A DNA stretch of 64,000 nucleotides, from positions 12,246-76,245 of IMG/VR virus record IMGVR_UViG_3300013137_000013; one strand, written 5' to 3'. The notes beneath the pieces are model-generated. The model was given only the letters and a program-made list of their open reading frames with translations, was not told the origin of the DNA and searched no databases. The translations under genes and the position numbers were made by a program. The stretch's first letter is position 1. Each line of letters begins with the position of its first letter. This DNA is from a virus. Positions 9,804-20,621 of the stretch are shown one piece after another.

Positions 9804-9811
9804 TATTTATA
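9804..9811 (+). promoter_or_regulatory. Putative late promoter TATTTATA
   Basis: Exact motif upstream of 9827; shared with 15 other gene starts. Confidence 0.7.
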
Positions 9812-9826
9812 GAAAAATTAATAATT

Positions 9827-10207
9827 ATGGCTGAAAAAATAGAAATTTCAAAAGACGGTTATCTAGCTTTAATTAAACGAGTCTTTGAAAACAAACTCGA
9901 AGAAAGAGAGCTTGCCTTGGACAGATACAGAAAGGCGGATGACCAAATGGAAACTGCAGAGCAGTTTGCAATAATGGGAAAAAATGCTGTTTCCTTTTTA
10001 AACCTAGCGTCCTTATCTACAAATGATTTAGCGGCACTGGCCAAAGAGGTCAAAAGTCTTGTCTATAAAGACGAAGTAGGCGGCGACATCAATCTTAATT
10101 TATCTGAGGATTGGAAAACAGCCATTTCCGAAAAAATTGAAGAGGTTGAAAAAGCAAGAACTTCTTCTAGGAACGTAGATAACAACAACGATAGCGAGGG
10201 AAAATAA
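9827..10207 (+). CDS. Hypothetical late protein
   Basis: ORF downstream of the late motif. Confidence 0.75.
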   Translation: MAEKIEISKDGYLALIKRVFENKLEERELALDRYRKADDQMETAEQFAIMGKNAVSFLNLASLSTNDLAALAKEVKSLVYKDEVGGDINLNLSEDWKTAISEKIEEVEKARTSSRNVDNNNDSEGK

Positions 10208-11679
10208 TGGCATATACAGTACCACTCGACCAACCTTTAAGCGAAACCCAAGCTAAATTAATTGCCCAAGTAGGGACAATGAAAAATCTCGCCAATCTTT
10301 CCTTTTTAAAAAAGTTTAAATTTAAAAGGGAAGAAAATATGTCTTTATTTGACTATTTGCTTAAAATATTAAGGTCAATGGGTATTGACCCAGAAATTAT
10401 ATTAACTGCCTTCCTAAATGATTTTTTCAGAACTGATAAAGTAGTAGATTTTCTAATTACTGCTATTGCAAGATTAGCAACATCTATAAATAAACAATTG
10501 GATTCTAATGCACAGCTTTCATTTACTCCAGGTGATGATGTTGTTATGGATGATGCACGAATTAAAGAATTAAATGACTCTAATTATAAATATTTAAACA
10601 ATTTTTCTGTAAGTTTGGATAGCATGACAGTTCCCCTTAAGCCTGCCTTATATAAACTCATAGATGCACTAAGAACCAGAATGATTCAAGAACTCATGGT
10701 TATAATTTTTGGGAAACCAAAAAAGGCAGTAACTGGACCCAATGGCATGGTTACTGATGACAATAGAATGAATGAACTCATTGATGAAAGTGTGTGCGGT
10801 GGAGAAACAATATTTAGTGTATCTAATCCAGCTGCTATAAACTTTGGAGATTTAGAATATAATAGACTTCAAAAATTAGAAAAAGCAAAAAACGGAAATC
10901 TTTCTTTTTCCATTACTTGCCAAGGCGTACAAATAACGCTTCCAGATGACCCGATGTATTTGTTTAAAAGTGTACCTCCAGGATTTCAAGGCGGAGAATC
11001 CGTATCACCCGAAGAGGCAATGACGAATGTTTTTAATTTTGTATCTAATCAAGTACAAAAACAAACAAGTGGTGCGAGTAGTCAGTCTAATGCTTCGTCT
11101 GCTGGTAAAAGTTTTATTCAAAAATTTTTAGAATCTTTAATTGCTTCGATTACAACATTGGTAAAACCTTTTTTTGTTGGAATTATTGGAACAGTGCCAG
11201 GAGAAGCACAGGGTCTTGCACCAGAGGCTTTTGATTTATTACAACAAGGATTGCTAAACATGGTTTTTCCAGGTTCAGTAACAACTGACCCTAATACAGG
11301 GAAAAGAGTTGGTGATTATGTTCCACCTTCAAGTTGCGAAATTAATAGTCAATACCAAAAAGGAGCTTTAGATTCAATTAAAAAGAAAAAAGTATCTTTG
11401 ATAATTATATTGTGTAATTTACTATTAAATATTGCCATAGGTTTTATCATGGCCTATGTTCTTGAGAAGATAAAAAAAATGATTAAAAAATATGTAGCAA
11501 AAAGAGCACAAGAAAAAGCTGCAAGAAAAATTCAAAAATTAAAAGATAAATATGCAACATCCGTTGCTGGAAGACAAAAAAAGAAAACAGATAGAGCTGT
11601 AAGACAAATAAAATTAATGAAGAAAATTTTTGGAATCCTTCAGGCAAACGCTGGCTCATTTACCCCTACCCCTAAATAA
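10207..11679 (+). CDS. Hypothetical virion protein with C-terminal hydrophobic helix and basic tail
   Basis: 490 aa; start overlaps the upstream stop; lies upstream of the spike gene. Confidence 0.7.
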   Translation: MAYTVPLDQPLSETQAKLIAQVGTMKNLANLSFLKKFKFKREENMSLFDYLLKILRSMGIDPEIILTAFLNDFFRTDKVVDFLITAIARLATSINKQLDSNAQLSFTPGDDVVMDDARIKELNDSNYKYLNNFSVSLDSMTVPLKPALYKLIDALRTRMIQELMVIIFGKPKKAVTGPNGMVTDDNRMNELIDESVCGGETIFSVSNPAAINFGDLEYNRLQKLEKAKNGNLSFSITCQGVQITLPDDPMYLFKSVPPGFQGGESVSPEEAMTNVFNFVSNQVQKQTSGASSQSNASSAGKSFIQKFLESLIASITTLVKPFFVGIIGTVPGEAQGLAPEAFDLLQQGLLNMVFPGSVTTDPNTGKRVGDYVPPSSCEINSQYQKGALDSIKKKKVSLIIILCNLLLNIAIGFIMAYVLEKIKKMIKKYVAKRAQEKAARKIQKLKDKYATSVAGRQKKKTDRAVRQIKLMKKIFGILQANAGSFTPTPK

Positions 11680-11695
11680 ACTTAATTATGTTATT

Positions 11696-12118
11696 ATGGC
11701 AGCACCATTCGTAGATATAGACCCCAAATTAAACATTTCAGAAGACGTTGCTGATTTGTTATTAACGCTCATGAGTGATTCTTTTGAGTTAAATAGAAAT
11801 TTAACAGTATATGAAATTTTAGCTGAAAAAATAAGACCTGGAATAAATTCAGATGTTTTATCAAATGCTATAATTTCAAGATTTAAAGAAATCGGCCTAC
11901 CAAGTGGACCTTTAGTAAATGGAGCACAAAATGTAATGGAAGCTTTTGTGGTTGTATTTTGTGAAGAACTTGTAGATGCCATACAAAATGACATGAGAGT
12001 AGATATTGGTATTTTCCCAGGCGGAACTGTTAATACAAATGGAGCCAATGCTGGAGGTCCAGTGGTTTCCATAGGAACAACTGTAAATGCACAACAAGGT
12101 ATAGGAATAGCTAGATAA
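11696..12118 (+). CDS. Hypothetical virion (baseplate/spike-associated) protein
   Basis: Start set at MAAPFVD; Gly-rich C-terminus (GANAGGPVVSIGTT). Confidence 0.65.
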   Translation: MAAPFVDIDPKLNISEDVADLLLTLMSDSFELNRNLTVYEILAEKIRPGINSDVLSNAIISRFKEIGLPSGPLVNGAQNVMEAFVVVFCEELVDAIQNDMRVDIGIFPGGTVNTNGANAGGPVVSIGTTVNAQQGIGIAR

Positions 12119-12119
12119 T

Positions 12120-12284
12120 ATGGAAGAAAAAAATAAAAAAACGAAACAAGAATTACTTGAAGATGCTCAAAAATTAACAGAAAAGCATGCTGAATTAAAA
12201 TCAGTAATTATGAATATGCTTGACGAAATGGATAAAATTGAGTTAGAGTATAATAAAATTATTGAAGAGATTAAAAAGAAATAA
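12120..12284 (+). CDS. Small coiled-coil protein (54 aa, absent from the ORF track)
   Basis: MEEKNKKTKQELLEDAQKL...IKKK* fills the gap between 12118 and 12287. Confidence 0.75.
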   Translation: MEEKNKKTKQELLEDAQKLTEKHAELKSVIMNMLDEMDKIELEYNKIIEEIKKK

Positions 12285-12286
12285 AT

Positions 12287-13618
12287 ATGCCAAAAGACGA
12301 TATTATAGCGCAACGAGCTCTTCAAAACGCTGGACAAGGAAATTACAGCTCTAATATTTCTAATGGGAGAGGTATATATCCTGCCATTGTTGTTCCTTAT
12401 GGTACCAACGATAACTCAGAACAAAACCGCATAAGAGCAAGAATAGTAACTGTACAAGATGATGGAAAAATACAGGGTAGAATAAATTTAAATAGTGAAG
12501 AAAATTATAATGGTTATTCTGGCAAAGATAGGGGGATAACTGATGATAATCTTGTTTTATGTATGCCTCTTCTGCCAGAGTTTTTCCACATAAGACCGCA
12601 AGTTGGAGAAATGGTTTTTGTTATTCTGGAAAATCCTACCGATAACTCCAGTGTGAGATATTGGATTGGACCTATAATTTCATCAAAATTAAAATTAAAT
12701 TACCAAGGTTTTGAGGATTCTTATAAAATGTTTAACAAAACCACTTTTATATCTAGTCCCAAAACAAGCGGTTCCTTAGACCTTTCAACAACCTTTCCAG
12801 AAGACTCTGATGTTGCAATCCAGGGAAGAAAAGATGCAGATTTGATATTAAAAAACAGAGAGGCTTTACTTATTGCTGGCAAATTTTCAGACTTTCAAAA
12901 TTTTGTTATCAATACCGACTATCCTTCATATTTAAGGTTAAAACAATTTGATAGTACTACAACAGAAGAAAAACCTACAGTAGAGCCTAAGAATATTATT
13001 CACAACATCAATGTAGGGATGGTACATGACCCTATTGGTAACAAATTTGCTGGAACAATAATAGTAAAAGAAATAAAAAGTGATATTGAGCTAAAAAACG
13101 AAACAAACACATATATATCAAGTTCTGATACAATAAGTTGGTTAAGTACAAAAATTACAGAAGTTAAAACAAAATATCCAAATTGGTCATTTACTTCAGA
13201 AATGGAAACATATAAAACCTATAAAAAAGATTATTATGTAGTTTCAGCGCCATCCGTCACAGACCCACCAGTCGCAACGAATAATGAAAATTTATTAAAA
13301 AAATACTCCCAAGCAACTCTTATTTCAACAAATATTAACATATACTCTCCAAGAGGCAAATTTAGAGGTAATGATGTAAAATCTTTCGAAAAGAATGATG
13401 ATTTAAAATCTTTTGGGACTTTTGCAGACACACTTCATCCAGCAATATTTGGAGATGAAACAGTCAGAGTTTTAGATTTAATTATTAGACTACTTCTTAC
13501 CCACATTCACACACCAGAAATGCCTTTATTACAAACTGCAATTTCAAATGAGTTGAAAAAATATACAGTGGATGGATGGTTACAGAATCTTATATCTAAC
13601 CACATCAGGATTAATTAA
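12287..13618 (+). CDS. Baseplate central spike, gp5/VgrG-like OB-fold protein
   Basis: RIRARI...PLLPEFFHIRPQVGEMVFVILEN..RYWIG (OB-fold); C-terminal THIHT (HxH metal-binding apex). Confidence 0.75.
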   Translation: MPKDDIIAQRALQNAGQGNYSSNISNGRGIYPAIVVPYGTNDNSEQNRIRARIVTVQDDGKIQGRINLNSEENYNGYSGKDRGITDDNLVLCMPLLPEFFHIRPQVGEMVFVILENPTDNSSVRYWIGPIISSKLKLNYQGFEDSYKMFNKTTFISSPKTSGSLDLSTTFPEDSDVAIQGRKDADLILKNREALLIAGKFSDFQNFVINTDYPSYLRLKQFDSTTTEEKPTVEPKNIIHNINVGMVHDPIGNKFAGTIIVKEIKSDIELKNETNTYISSSDTISWLSTKITEVKTKYPNWSFTSEMETYKTYKKDYYVVSAPSVTDPPVATNNENLLKKYSQATLISTNINIYSPRGKFRGNDVKSFEKNDDLKSFGTFADTLHPAIFGDETVRVLDLIIRLLLTHIHTPEMPLLQTAISNELKKYTVDGWLQNLISNHIRIN

Positions 13619-15030
13619 AATGGCTTAATTATCTTTAGGTCTATTCTTTCTGGCATTACCCTATTTGTTCCCATTTCATTAATCTTAAAACTAATTTGAT
13701 ATGTTTGATTGTGTAATAACCAAGATGCGTCTACATCAAAATAATTAGTTGTACAATCATCTATGACAGCATGATTAACTTCAGTCCATGGAATAACTTC
13801 AACTTGATTGTTCATTATCATTCGGTACTGTAAAGAATAGGATGTGCTTGGTTTATTTGTGCTATAATTAACTCTCAAGTCACAATATACCCTTATTTTT
13901 TCATCCTGATGAACTATCATGCCCTGTTCAATTCCATAGGTTTCAAGAACATATTCATTTATAGATGGCCTATTGGCTGTATAATAATTTTTTTGTATTT
14001 GGAATGTTTGCGATATATTTTGATTGTCATATTGACTAAAACTTACATTATTCCAAACATCCACATATTTTTCCCCAGGGGTAGCGCCAGACATCCATAC
14101 GTTTACATAATATGCTCCAGTAGATAACTGAGAAGGAATAAGCCCAGAATAAACTGTAGTGTTTCCTCTTTTAATATCTACAGTCACTGCAGACAGATTT
14201 ATGTTTGTAAAATTATGACCACTAAAGGTATATAAGAATAAATTTGATGGTCTATTGTTAGAAATTTGTTTCCTATCATCTTGAATGACTTGATTGTACA
14301 CAACCTCAAGAAATGGCTTAAATGCAGTATTTGTTTTTTCAGTAAAAAATGAACTTATATATCTTGTGTCTGCACTAAACAATTCATAATCTCTTCTATA
14401 AGCAATTGCAATTCCATTGTTTTCAGAACCACCACTTAACCAATCTTTTACAATATCAGTTACATCCATATTTAAATCCTCATCTCCAATATCAAAATGC
14501 TGAGAAGTGTGATAAGTTGTAGATGCGGATGGGTCAATATATATTCCTGGTTCATTCCAGAAAGTCAATGACGTAGCGTAATCCCAATTAGAAACCCCAG
14601 ATGTCAAATAGTTTCCAGATTGTCTAACAATATAAATTTCTTTGATTAAATCATAACCTCTGCCCTCTTCCCAATACTTATTTATTGGGAAAGCAATCAA
14701 ATCGAATGAGGTGGCAACCATTTTTTTTAAAACATCATGTTCATATTCAGACTCAAGAACCAAATCTCTTGGTTTCGAATTTTTTAACTTTAATTTATAA
14801 GATGTAACCAAAGATTCATTAATTTCTTTAGTGCTGAATTTTTGCTGTAAATTAGTTAAATCAAAATAAAGTAGAAATCTGCTAACAGAATTTCTTTTGT
14901 CTGGCGCTGTATCTGTTCCTCCGCCACCATACCACAAGTCTGTTACGGTGTTTTGACCAGAGTTTAGGTTGCTATAATAACTTCCAGCTATAGTGTTGCT
15001 TTTTGATGGATAAATTCTAAAAACTGACAT
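13615..15030 (-). CDS. Virion structural protein (DNRLRE-like beta-sandwich)
   Basis: SRFLLYFDL, WEEGRG, SNW, MDVTDIVKDWL..NNGI, KPFLEV; has its own late motif. Confidence 0.6.
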   Translation of the reverse strand: MSVFRIYPSKSNTIAGSYYSNLNSGQNTVTDLWYGGGGTDTAPDKRNSVSRFLLYFDLTNLQQKFSTKEINESLVTSYKLKLKNSKPRDLVLESEYEHDVLKKMVATSFDLIAFPINKYWEEGRGYDLIKEIYIVRQSGNYLTSGVSNWDYATSLTFWNEPGIYIDPSASTTYHTSQHFDIGDEDLNMDVTDIVKDWLSGGSENNGIAIAYRRDYELFSADTRYISSFFTEKTNTAFKPFLEVVYNQVIQDDRKQISNNRPSNLFLYTFSGHNFTNINLSAVTVDIKRGNTTVYSGLIPSQLSTGAYYVNVWMSGATPGEKYVDVWNNVSFSQYDNQNISQTFQIQKNYYTANRPSINEYVLETYGIEQGMIVHQDEKIRVYCDLRVNYSTNKPSTSYSLQYRMIMNNQVEVIPWTEVNHAVIDDCTTNYFDVDASWLLHNQTYQISFKINEMGTNRVMPERIDLKIIKPF

Positions 15031-15044
15031 TTTCTTTTTTTTAT

Positions 15045-15052
15045 TATAAATA
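15045..15052 (-). promoter_or_regulatory. Putative late promoter TATTTATA
   Basis: Reads tataaata on +, upstream of minus-strand start 15030. Confidence 0.7.
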
Positions 15053-15116
15053 GCCTACTTTATTATTTTTTTAAACCCTCAAACATAAATATAAATGTTT
15101 ATTTTTTTTTAAGTAA

Positions 15117-15124
15117 TATTTATA
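15117..15124 (+). promoter_or_regulatory. Putative late promoter TATTTATA
   Basis: Upstream of the gp25-like gene. Confidence 0.7.
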
Positions 15125-15141
15125 TTTAAAACAAAGGAAAC

Positions 15142-15525
15142 ATGAAATCATTAGGAATACAATTTCCATTTACAGAAACTTATAACGGGGGAATTATAGG
15201 ATACACTCAAATAGATGTTGAGGCAATAAAATCCAACCTGACAGCATTTCTTACTCTTAAAAGAGGACAAAGGCCGATGCATAATTCATTGTATTCTCCT
15301 TTATATGATTATATAATGGAACCTTGGGACAATATTAGTGAATCAAGATTAACAGATGATTTAAGCAAAAAGCTGGTAGAATTTTTTCCAGAAATAGAAG
15401 TAAAAAAAATAAATTTTGTTTTTGAAGAAGAAAACAATTATTTACATCTAACACTTTATTATACAGTAGTTGATTTAAAGGTATCAGACAGTGTTTCTGT
15501 AACAATAGCCATTCAACCAAAATAA
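15142..15525 (+). CDS. Baseplate wedge / sheath initiator, gp25/GPW-like
   Basis: GIQFPF, IKSNL..FLT.KRGQRPM, LYDYIMEP; precedes the gp6-like gene. Confidence 0.85.
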   Translation: MKSLGIQFPFTETYNGGIIGYTQIDVEAIKSNLTAFLTLKRGQRPMHNSLYSPLYDYIMEPWDNISESRLTDDLSKKLVEFFPEIEVKKINFVFEEENNYLHLTLYYTVVDLKVSDSVSVTIAIQPK

Positions 15526-15533
15526 GATAAGAA

Positions 15534-17435
15534 ATGTCAACAAATTTAAATTTAAATGCACAATTTACTCAGTCAGCAGTAGGTATTAAACAAATAAACT
15601 ACTTGAGTAGAGATTTCCAAACAATAAGAACCGATTTAATTAATTACTTAAAAGCCTTTTTCCCAGAACAATGGCAAGACTTTAATGTTGCATCACCTGG
15701 CATGGCTCTTTTAGAATTAAATGCTTATGTTGGTGATTTATTAGCTTTTTCTATTGACAAAAAATATAATGAACTTTTTCTTGATGGTGTGCAACAAAGA
15801 GAAACTGTATATAGAATGGCAAAAACTTTTGGATTTAAAGTTCCTGGAGTTCGTCCAGCACTCACAATTGTAGATTTAATTTGTGATGTTCCAACAACTG
15901 CAGATGGACCCAATTATTCATATGCTCCAGTTTTAAGGCCAGGACTTCAAATAAAAGGGGGAGGACAAACATTTGAAACTGTTTATAATGTTGATTTTGC
16001 AAGTGATTTTAGTGAAACTGGTGCTGCAAATAGAACCATACAACCTATATTAAATGGGAATCAAGACCTAATAAAATATAGAATTTTAAAAAGAGAAGTC
16101 ATAAAAGCTGGTATTACAAAAAATATGAAGGTTGAGGTGCCTTCAGGTCAAGAAAAGCCTTTTATGCAAATTGTTTTACCAGAAAATAACGTTTTAGAAA
16201 TAGTAGATGTAATGGTTGAGCCTGGAATTGGATTAACCAAAAATCCAACTTATGAAGATTATCATGACCTTTCTAAAAGATACTGGGAAGTTGAATATTT
16301 AGCAGTTGATAAAATATTTGTCGAAGACGATAATGAACCGTCTGTAAATGGTGTAAAAATTGGAAAATATTTAAAAGTTTCAAAAAGATTCATCAAAGAA
16401 TTTATGTCTAATGGTACTTGTAAATTAACTTTTGGAGGAGGTAGCGAAAATTACGATTCATATGAAGAATATTTACAAGGGTTAACAAATAGTTGTTGTG
16501 ATATTACCACCAACTTAAATGTGTCTTCGTTGCTATTAAATCCTTCTCTGGGCGAGATGATTCCAGGCAACTCAACTTTATATATAAAATATAGAATTGG
16601 GGGAGGTGCACTAAGCAATATTGGACAAAATGTTTTGCAAGCAGTTAGTAATGTAAATGGTATTATATTGGGAACTGACCCAAACCTAAATCAAGCTGTT
16701 TTGTCATCAATTAGAGCAAATAACCCTGTTCCCGCAATCGGCGGAAGGGGATTGCCTACTGTTAGTGAAATCAAAAACTATATAGCATCAAATTTTGCAT
16801 CACAAGATAGGTGTGTAACATTGGAAGATTACATTTCTAGGTCATATCAAATTCCTGGAAAATTTGGAGCGCCATTTAGGATATATGGAGAAGTAAATGA
16901 TAATAAAGTTATTTTATATATTCTCACTAAAGATGCTAATGGCAAATTAAATACAATTTCAACTGGTGAGATAAAAAATAATTTAGTAACATATCTTCTT
17001 CCTTATAGAATGATAAATGATTTTATTGAAATTAATGATGGAAAATTTGTGAATCTGGAAGTCCAAGCAGATTTATTTATAGACAAAACTTTTAACAGAA
17101 GTGAGGTAAAACTTAATTCTATTTTGAAAATTCAGAATTTTTTCAACACAGACAATTGGCAAATGAATCAACACATATACGTTTCTCAATTAACAGATAT
17201 TTTAAGAGAAATTCCTGGAGTAATTAATGTTGTTGATATTAGATTTTATAACTTAGAAGGCGGTCTTTATTCTTCAACTTTATGTTCTCAAGCTATTGGA
17301 CCAAGAACCCAAGATATTGATTTGGGCGTATATAAAACACAGGTTTTACCAGTGGATAACGCAATATTTAGTACGCCATTATCAATGTTTGAGGTTCGTT
17401 ATCCAGAAAAGGACATAAAAGTAAGAGTGGCATAA
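15534..17435 (+). CDS. Baseplate wedge subunit (T4 gp6 / P2 gpJ-like)
   Basis: INYLSRDFQTIR..LI.Y, ELNAYVGD.L.F..D, FGGG, YRIGGG, SQDRCVTLEDY. Confidence 0.88.
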   Translation: MSTNLNLNAQFTQSAVGIKQINYLSRDFQTIRTDLINYLKAFFPEQWQDFNVASPGMALLELNAYVGDLLAFSIDKKYNELFLDGVQQRETVYRMAKTFGFKVPGVRPALTIVDLICDVPTTADGPNYSYAPVLRPGLQIKGGGQTFETVYNVDFASDFSETGAANRTIQPILNGNQDLIKYRILKREVIKAGITKNMKVEVPSGQEKPFMQIVLPENNVLEIVDVMVEPGIGLTKNPTYEDYHDLSKRYWEVEYLAVDKIFVEDDNEPSVNGVKIGKYLKVSKRFIKEFMSNGTCKLTFGGGSENYDSYEEYLQGLTNSCCDITTNLNVSSLLLNPSLGEMIPGNSTLYIKYRIGGGALSNIGQNVLQAVSNVNGIILGTDPNLNQAVLSSIRANNPVPAIGGRGLPTVSEIKNYIASNFASQDRCVTLEDYISRSYQIPGKFGAPFRIYGEVNDNKVILYILTKDANGKLNTISTGEIKNNLVTYLLPYRMINDFIEINDGKFVNLEVQADLFIDKTFNRSEVKLNSILKIQNFFNTDNWQMNQHIYVSQLTDILREIPGVINVVDIRFYNLEGGLYSSTLCSQAIGPRTQDIDLGVYKTQVLPVDNAIFSTPLSMFEVRYPEKDIKVRVA

Positions 17436-17447
17436 TATGAATTTAGT

Positions 17448-20400
17448 ATGCAAGATGAAATTTTAATAAAAAGATATAAGAGTGGAACCACAATTCATTA
17501 TTTTAATACGGATATAAATCCTAATAATTATTCCACGTCAACAATACCAGCCATCGTAAAATTAAATTCGACGGACAACGTTCCCTTGGAACTTCATGGA
17601 TATGATGGAGTATTTTTGACTGGTAATTCTCCAACTGTTTTGTGGAAAAGAAATGAACAACAGAATTCATATGATTCTGGAATAAATATGAATTATGTTA
17701 TTGATACATATTTGCCAAATTCGAATTATGTTTCTGGAAGAACATTTTCTTTAACCGTAAATATTCCTATTAATAAATTGAAAACAACTACACTATCAAA
17801 TAGATTCTTTGATAGCATGAATAATCTATTTACAGCTGGCACTACATCATTTGTGTTTTTTGAACCGATTTTAATAGACGATTTGTATGCAAATGTTAAA
17901 TTGGAAAAAACATTTGACGTTTTAAATACTTTAAATATTTATAACAAAGTTTCTGGCGAAATTCCAATTAGAGAATCTACAACTGGAGTAGTTTTTGGAA
18001 GATTAGAAGCCATTCAAAAAATTTCTGATACAAATGGGAATAGAATAAAAATCCCCTTGAGAAACGTTCCAATAGGAGTTTTTAATCCTTCTGTAGAATT
18101 CCAAACTCCAGATGAATTAGATAGTGAAGGGAATAGAATAAGGCTTAATTATAGACCCCTTACAGTATCTGAGGATAATTATTCACAACAATCTCCACTT
18201 GGCTGTTTAGAATATTATTTTAATTCAGAATCCGCACAATTTGATAACATATTTCTTAAACAAACTCCAATGGATGGAATTAATGTCCACCCAACATTTA
18301 GTGGGGTTGTTTATACCAATGAAAACGGAGAATTTTTTTTACACAATGTCGAAATTGGTCCTCAAATTTTATTTTTCGAGGTAGATTTATTAAAACAAGG
18401 ACTCACCAAAGATGAGGTTGCTTTAAACTTTTTCCCATATCCACCAAACTATGACAACATATTAATAGATACTGTTCCTCATTATTTTTACAGAGCAATC
18501 CCAATAGACGTTGTTCCAAGTTATGGAAGGTCTTATCAAACTGGATATACAGAAGTAGATGTTTCTGTTAATTTGGATTTGAGAAAATGGGCAACTTATA
18601 TCATTCCTCCAGTAACGTATCAAAACAATGAAATTGATAGCGCAATCTATAGAAAAATTTCAAAAGCACCTCTTACTGTAAAAGTAAGAGATATGAGTAA
18701 ATTTGATAAAAAGAAAGCGGCATCTACATCTGGGGCAATTAGAATAGAGACTTACCCATCCACAGGAATTCAAATAGTTGAAATACAAAACATTGGCGAC
18801 AAAAACTCCAATCAACAATGGGAGTGGGCTAATGAATTTTCTCAAATTAAAGACAAAGCACTTTTTTATTCATATGGTTATCATGCAGTAAAATTGCCTG
18901 CAAATATTTATGATGATCAATCATATAAAACAAATATTTATGGCATTCCAAAAAACGGGACAACAGAAGAAGCAAAATTCTCAAAAGGAGTTTGGTTATG
19001 TGGTTATCAACTTAAAGTTTACTTAACAAAAGAAGATAAATATTATAGAACCACAGGAATGGAAGTTGGGTGGAATGGCTCTATTTCAGAAAAGTGGTAT
19101 TCAAGAGACCATTATCATTGTAATTTATATGATACAAATAGGCTACCATCTATTTATCAATTTGTTAATAGTGATAATAATTATAATACAGTGATAGGGC
19201 AAGGAATAGGTATTTATCCGTATGAACAAGCTTGGACTAAAAACTACCCAAAACCATACAGTATTCCTAAAAAACCAACAATTTCGAATTTTATTGACCC
19301 TTATTTAGAAAAACCATATATGGAAACTCCAACATGGCAAGATGGGGACATTATTCGTGGAAGTTCATATTTAGGATTTGCTGGTTTTGGACTTGGCTGG
19401 AATGCAGAAATTGTGCAATATACGGATTTCGCAACAGATGTTATAGGAAATTCTAACGATTCAGATATGTACAAATATGAACCAACAGTAAATGCAGATT
19501 GCGGTTGCTACGCCAATGGATATTGTTATGATTTAGATAATGCAAACTCTGGAAATGGAGTTGGTAGCACATCAAGAGTAATTGGAGCAGAAGAATTTCA
19601 AAGAGTAGAGGCTGGTTATGGATATTTTTTATTTCCAAGTTCTATGCCTAGAATAATTCCATATCCTTGGTATTATGATGGTCTTCATATCAAAGAGACT
19701 GATTATAGCAAATATAATCAACAAGATGCAATGTACACATCTCAAATACAATTGTTGTTTCAAGGATATAATCAAGTGCTTTTACATCATTATCATTCAT
19801 TTAGTATACTAAATAATGGGAAAAGTATAGCAATGGATTTAAGTAAAAAAGGAGATGGGGGAGTTATAAATGATAGATTAAATATTTATAGAATTATTAA
19901 TGGAGCAAATAGACTACCATATACTACAAAACAATTAATAATACCGACATATTTTAATATCGGCTTGGGTGGTTTTATGGATGGTTGCTATTCATTTGTA
20001 TTTATTAACGATGGAGAAATAACAGTTGAAATTGAAAACGCTTTTAGTACACCATTAAATGCAAGTCATTTACGATATGGAGCTATAATGAACACAGATA
20101 ACTCAAAAATTATTTTGCCACCTGGGAGTTATTTTATCATAACTAAAGCAAATGGTAATGATATTGAAGCAACTTTAAATTATACAAAAATAAATTATAT
20201 TCCTGCAAATTTTGCTTTTAACGATGAACACAATAGATATACAAAAGCAAAATATCATATAGTTGTATCACTTAATGATAGTACTTTAGACGGTCCATGG
20301 AATAGTAGTTCATCTGAATCATACGAAAATTATCAATCAATAACAAATCACCATTGGGCGGCCCATGGCGGATATGCAGATATAATTTTGAATATAGATG

Positions 20401-20609
20401 CAAATGAAATTCCAGAGGATTGGTTCTTAAATACAGAATCGACTGGAGGTGCTGAATGTGCAACATTAGGGTGTGGGAGTGCAAGTAATGGAAATAGATA
20501 TGGTATCACACAATGGGGTAGTGGTTCAGTCCAACCAAGCTGGTACAGGATTTGGGTTGGAAAAACAAAAATGTGTGATGTTTCTACATTCGGCGGCAAT
20601 CCTTGTTAA
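17448..20609 (+). CDS. Large virion structural protein (baseplate/fibre-associated)
   Basis: 1053 aa; GVVFGRL..PL.NV and TNENGEFF.HNV..G suggest a transthyretin-like fold; in the baseplate operon. Confidence 0.6.
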   Translation: MQDEILIKRYKSGTTIHYFNTDINPNNYSTSTIPAIVKLNSTDNVPLELHGYDGVFLTGNSPTVLWKRNEQQNSYDSGINMNYVIDTYLPNSNYVSGRTFSLTVNIPINKLKTTTLSNRFFDSMNNLFTAGTTSFVFFEPILIDDLYANVKLEKTFDVLNTLNIYNKVSGEIPIRESTTGVVFGRLEAIQKISDTNGNRIKIPLRNVPIGVFNPSVEFQTPDELDSEGNRIRLNYRPLTVSEDNYSQQSPLGCLEYYFNSESAQFDNIFLKQTPMDGINVHPTFSGVVYTNENGEFFLHNVEIGPQILFFEVDLLKQGLTKDEVALNFFPYPPNYDNILIDTVPHYFYRAIPIDVVPSYGRSYQTGYTEVDVSVNLDLRKWATYIIPPVTYQNNEIDSAIYRKISKAPLTVKVRDMSKFDKKKAASTSGAIRIETYPSTGIQIVEIQNIGDKNSNQQWEWANEFSQIKDKALFYSYGYHAVKLPANIYDDQSYKTNIYGIPKNGTTEEAKFSKGVWLCGYQLKVYLTKEDKYYRTTGMEVGWNGSISEKWYSRDHYHCNLYDTNRLPSIYQFVNSDNNYNTVIGQGIGIYPYEQAWTKNYPKPYSIPKKPTISNFIDPYLEKPYMETPTWQDGDIIRGSSYLGFAGFGLGWNAEIVQYTDFATDVIGNSNDSDMYKYEPTVNADCGCYANGYCYDLDNANSGNGVGSTSRVIGAEEFQRVEAGYGYFLFPSSMPRIIPYPWYYDGLHIKETDYSKYNQQDAMYTSQIQLLFQGYNQVLLHHYHSFSILNNGKSIAMDLSKKGDGGVINDRLNIYRIINGANRLPYTTKQLIIPTYFNIGLGGFMDGCYSFVFINDGEITVEIENAFSTPLNASHLRYGAIMNTDNSKIILPPGSYFIITKANGNDIEATLNYTKINYIPANFAFNDEHNRYTKAKYHIVVSLNDSTLDGPWNSSSSESYENYQSITNHHWAAHGGYADIILNIDANEIPEDWFLNTESTGGAECATLGCGSASNGNRYGITQWGSGSVQPSWYRIWVGKTKMCDVSTFGGNPC

Positions 20610-20621
20610 AATTAAACAAAA

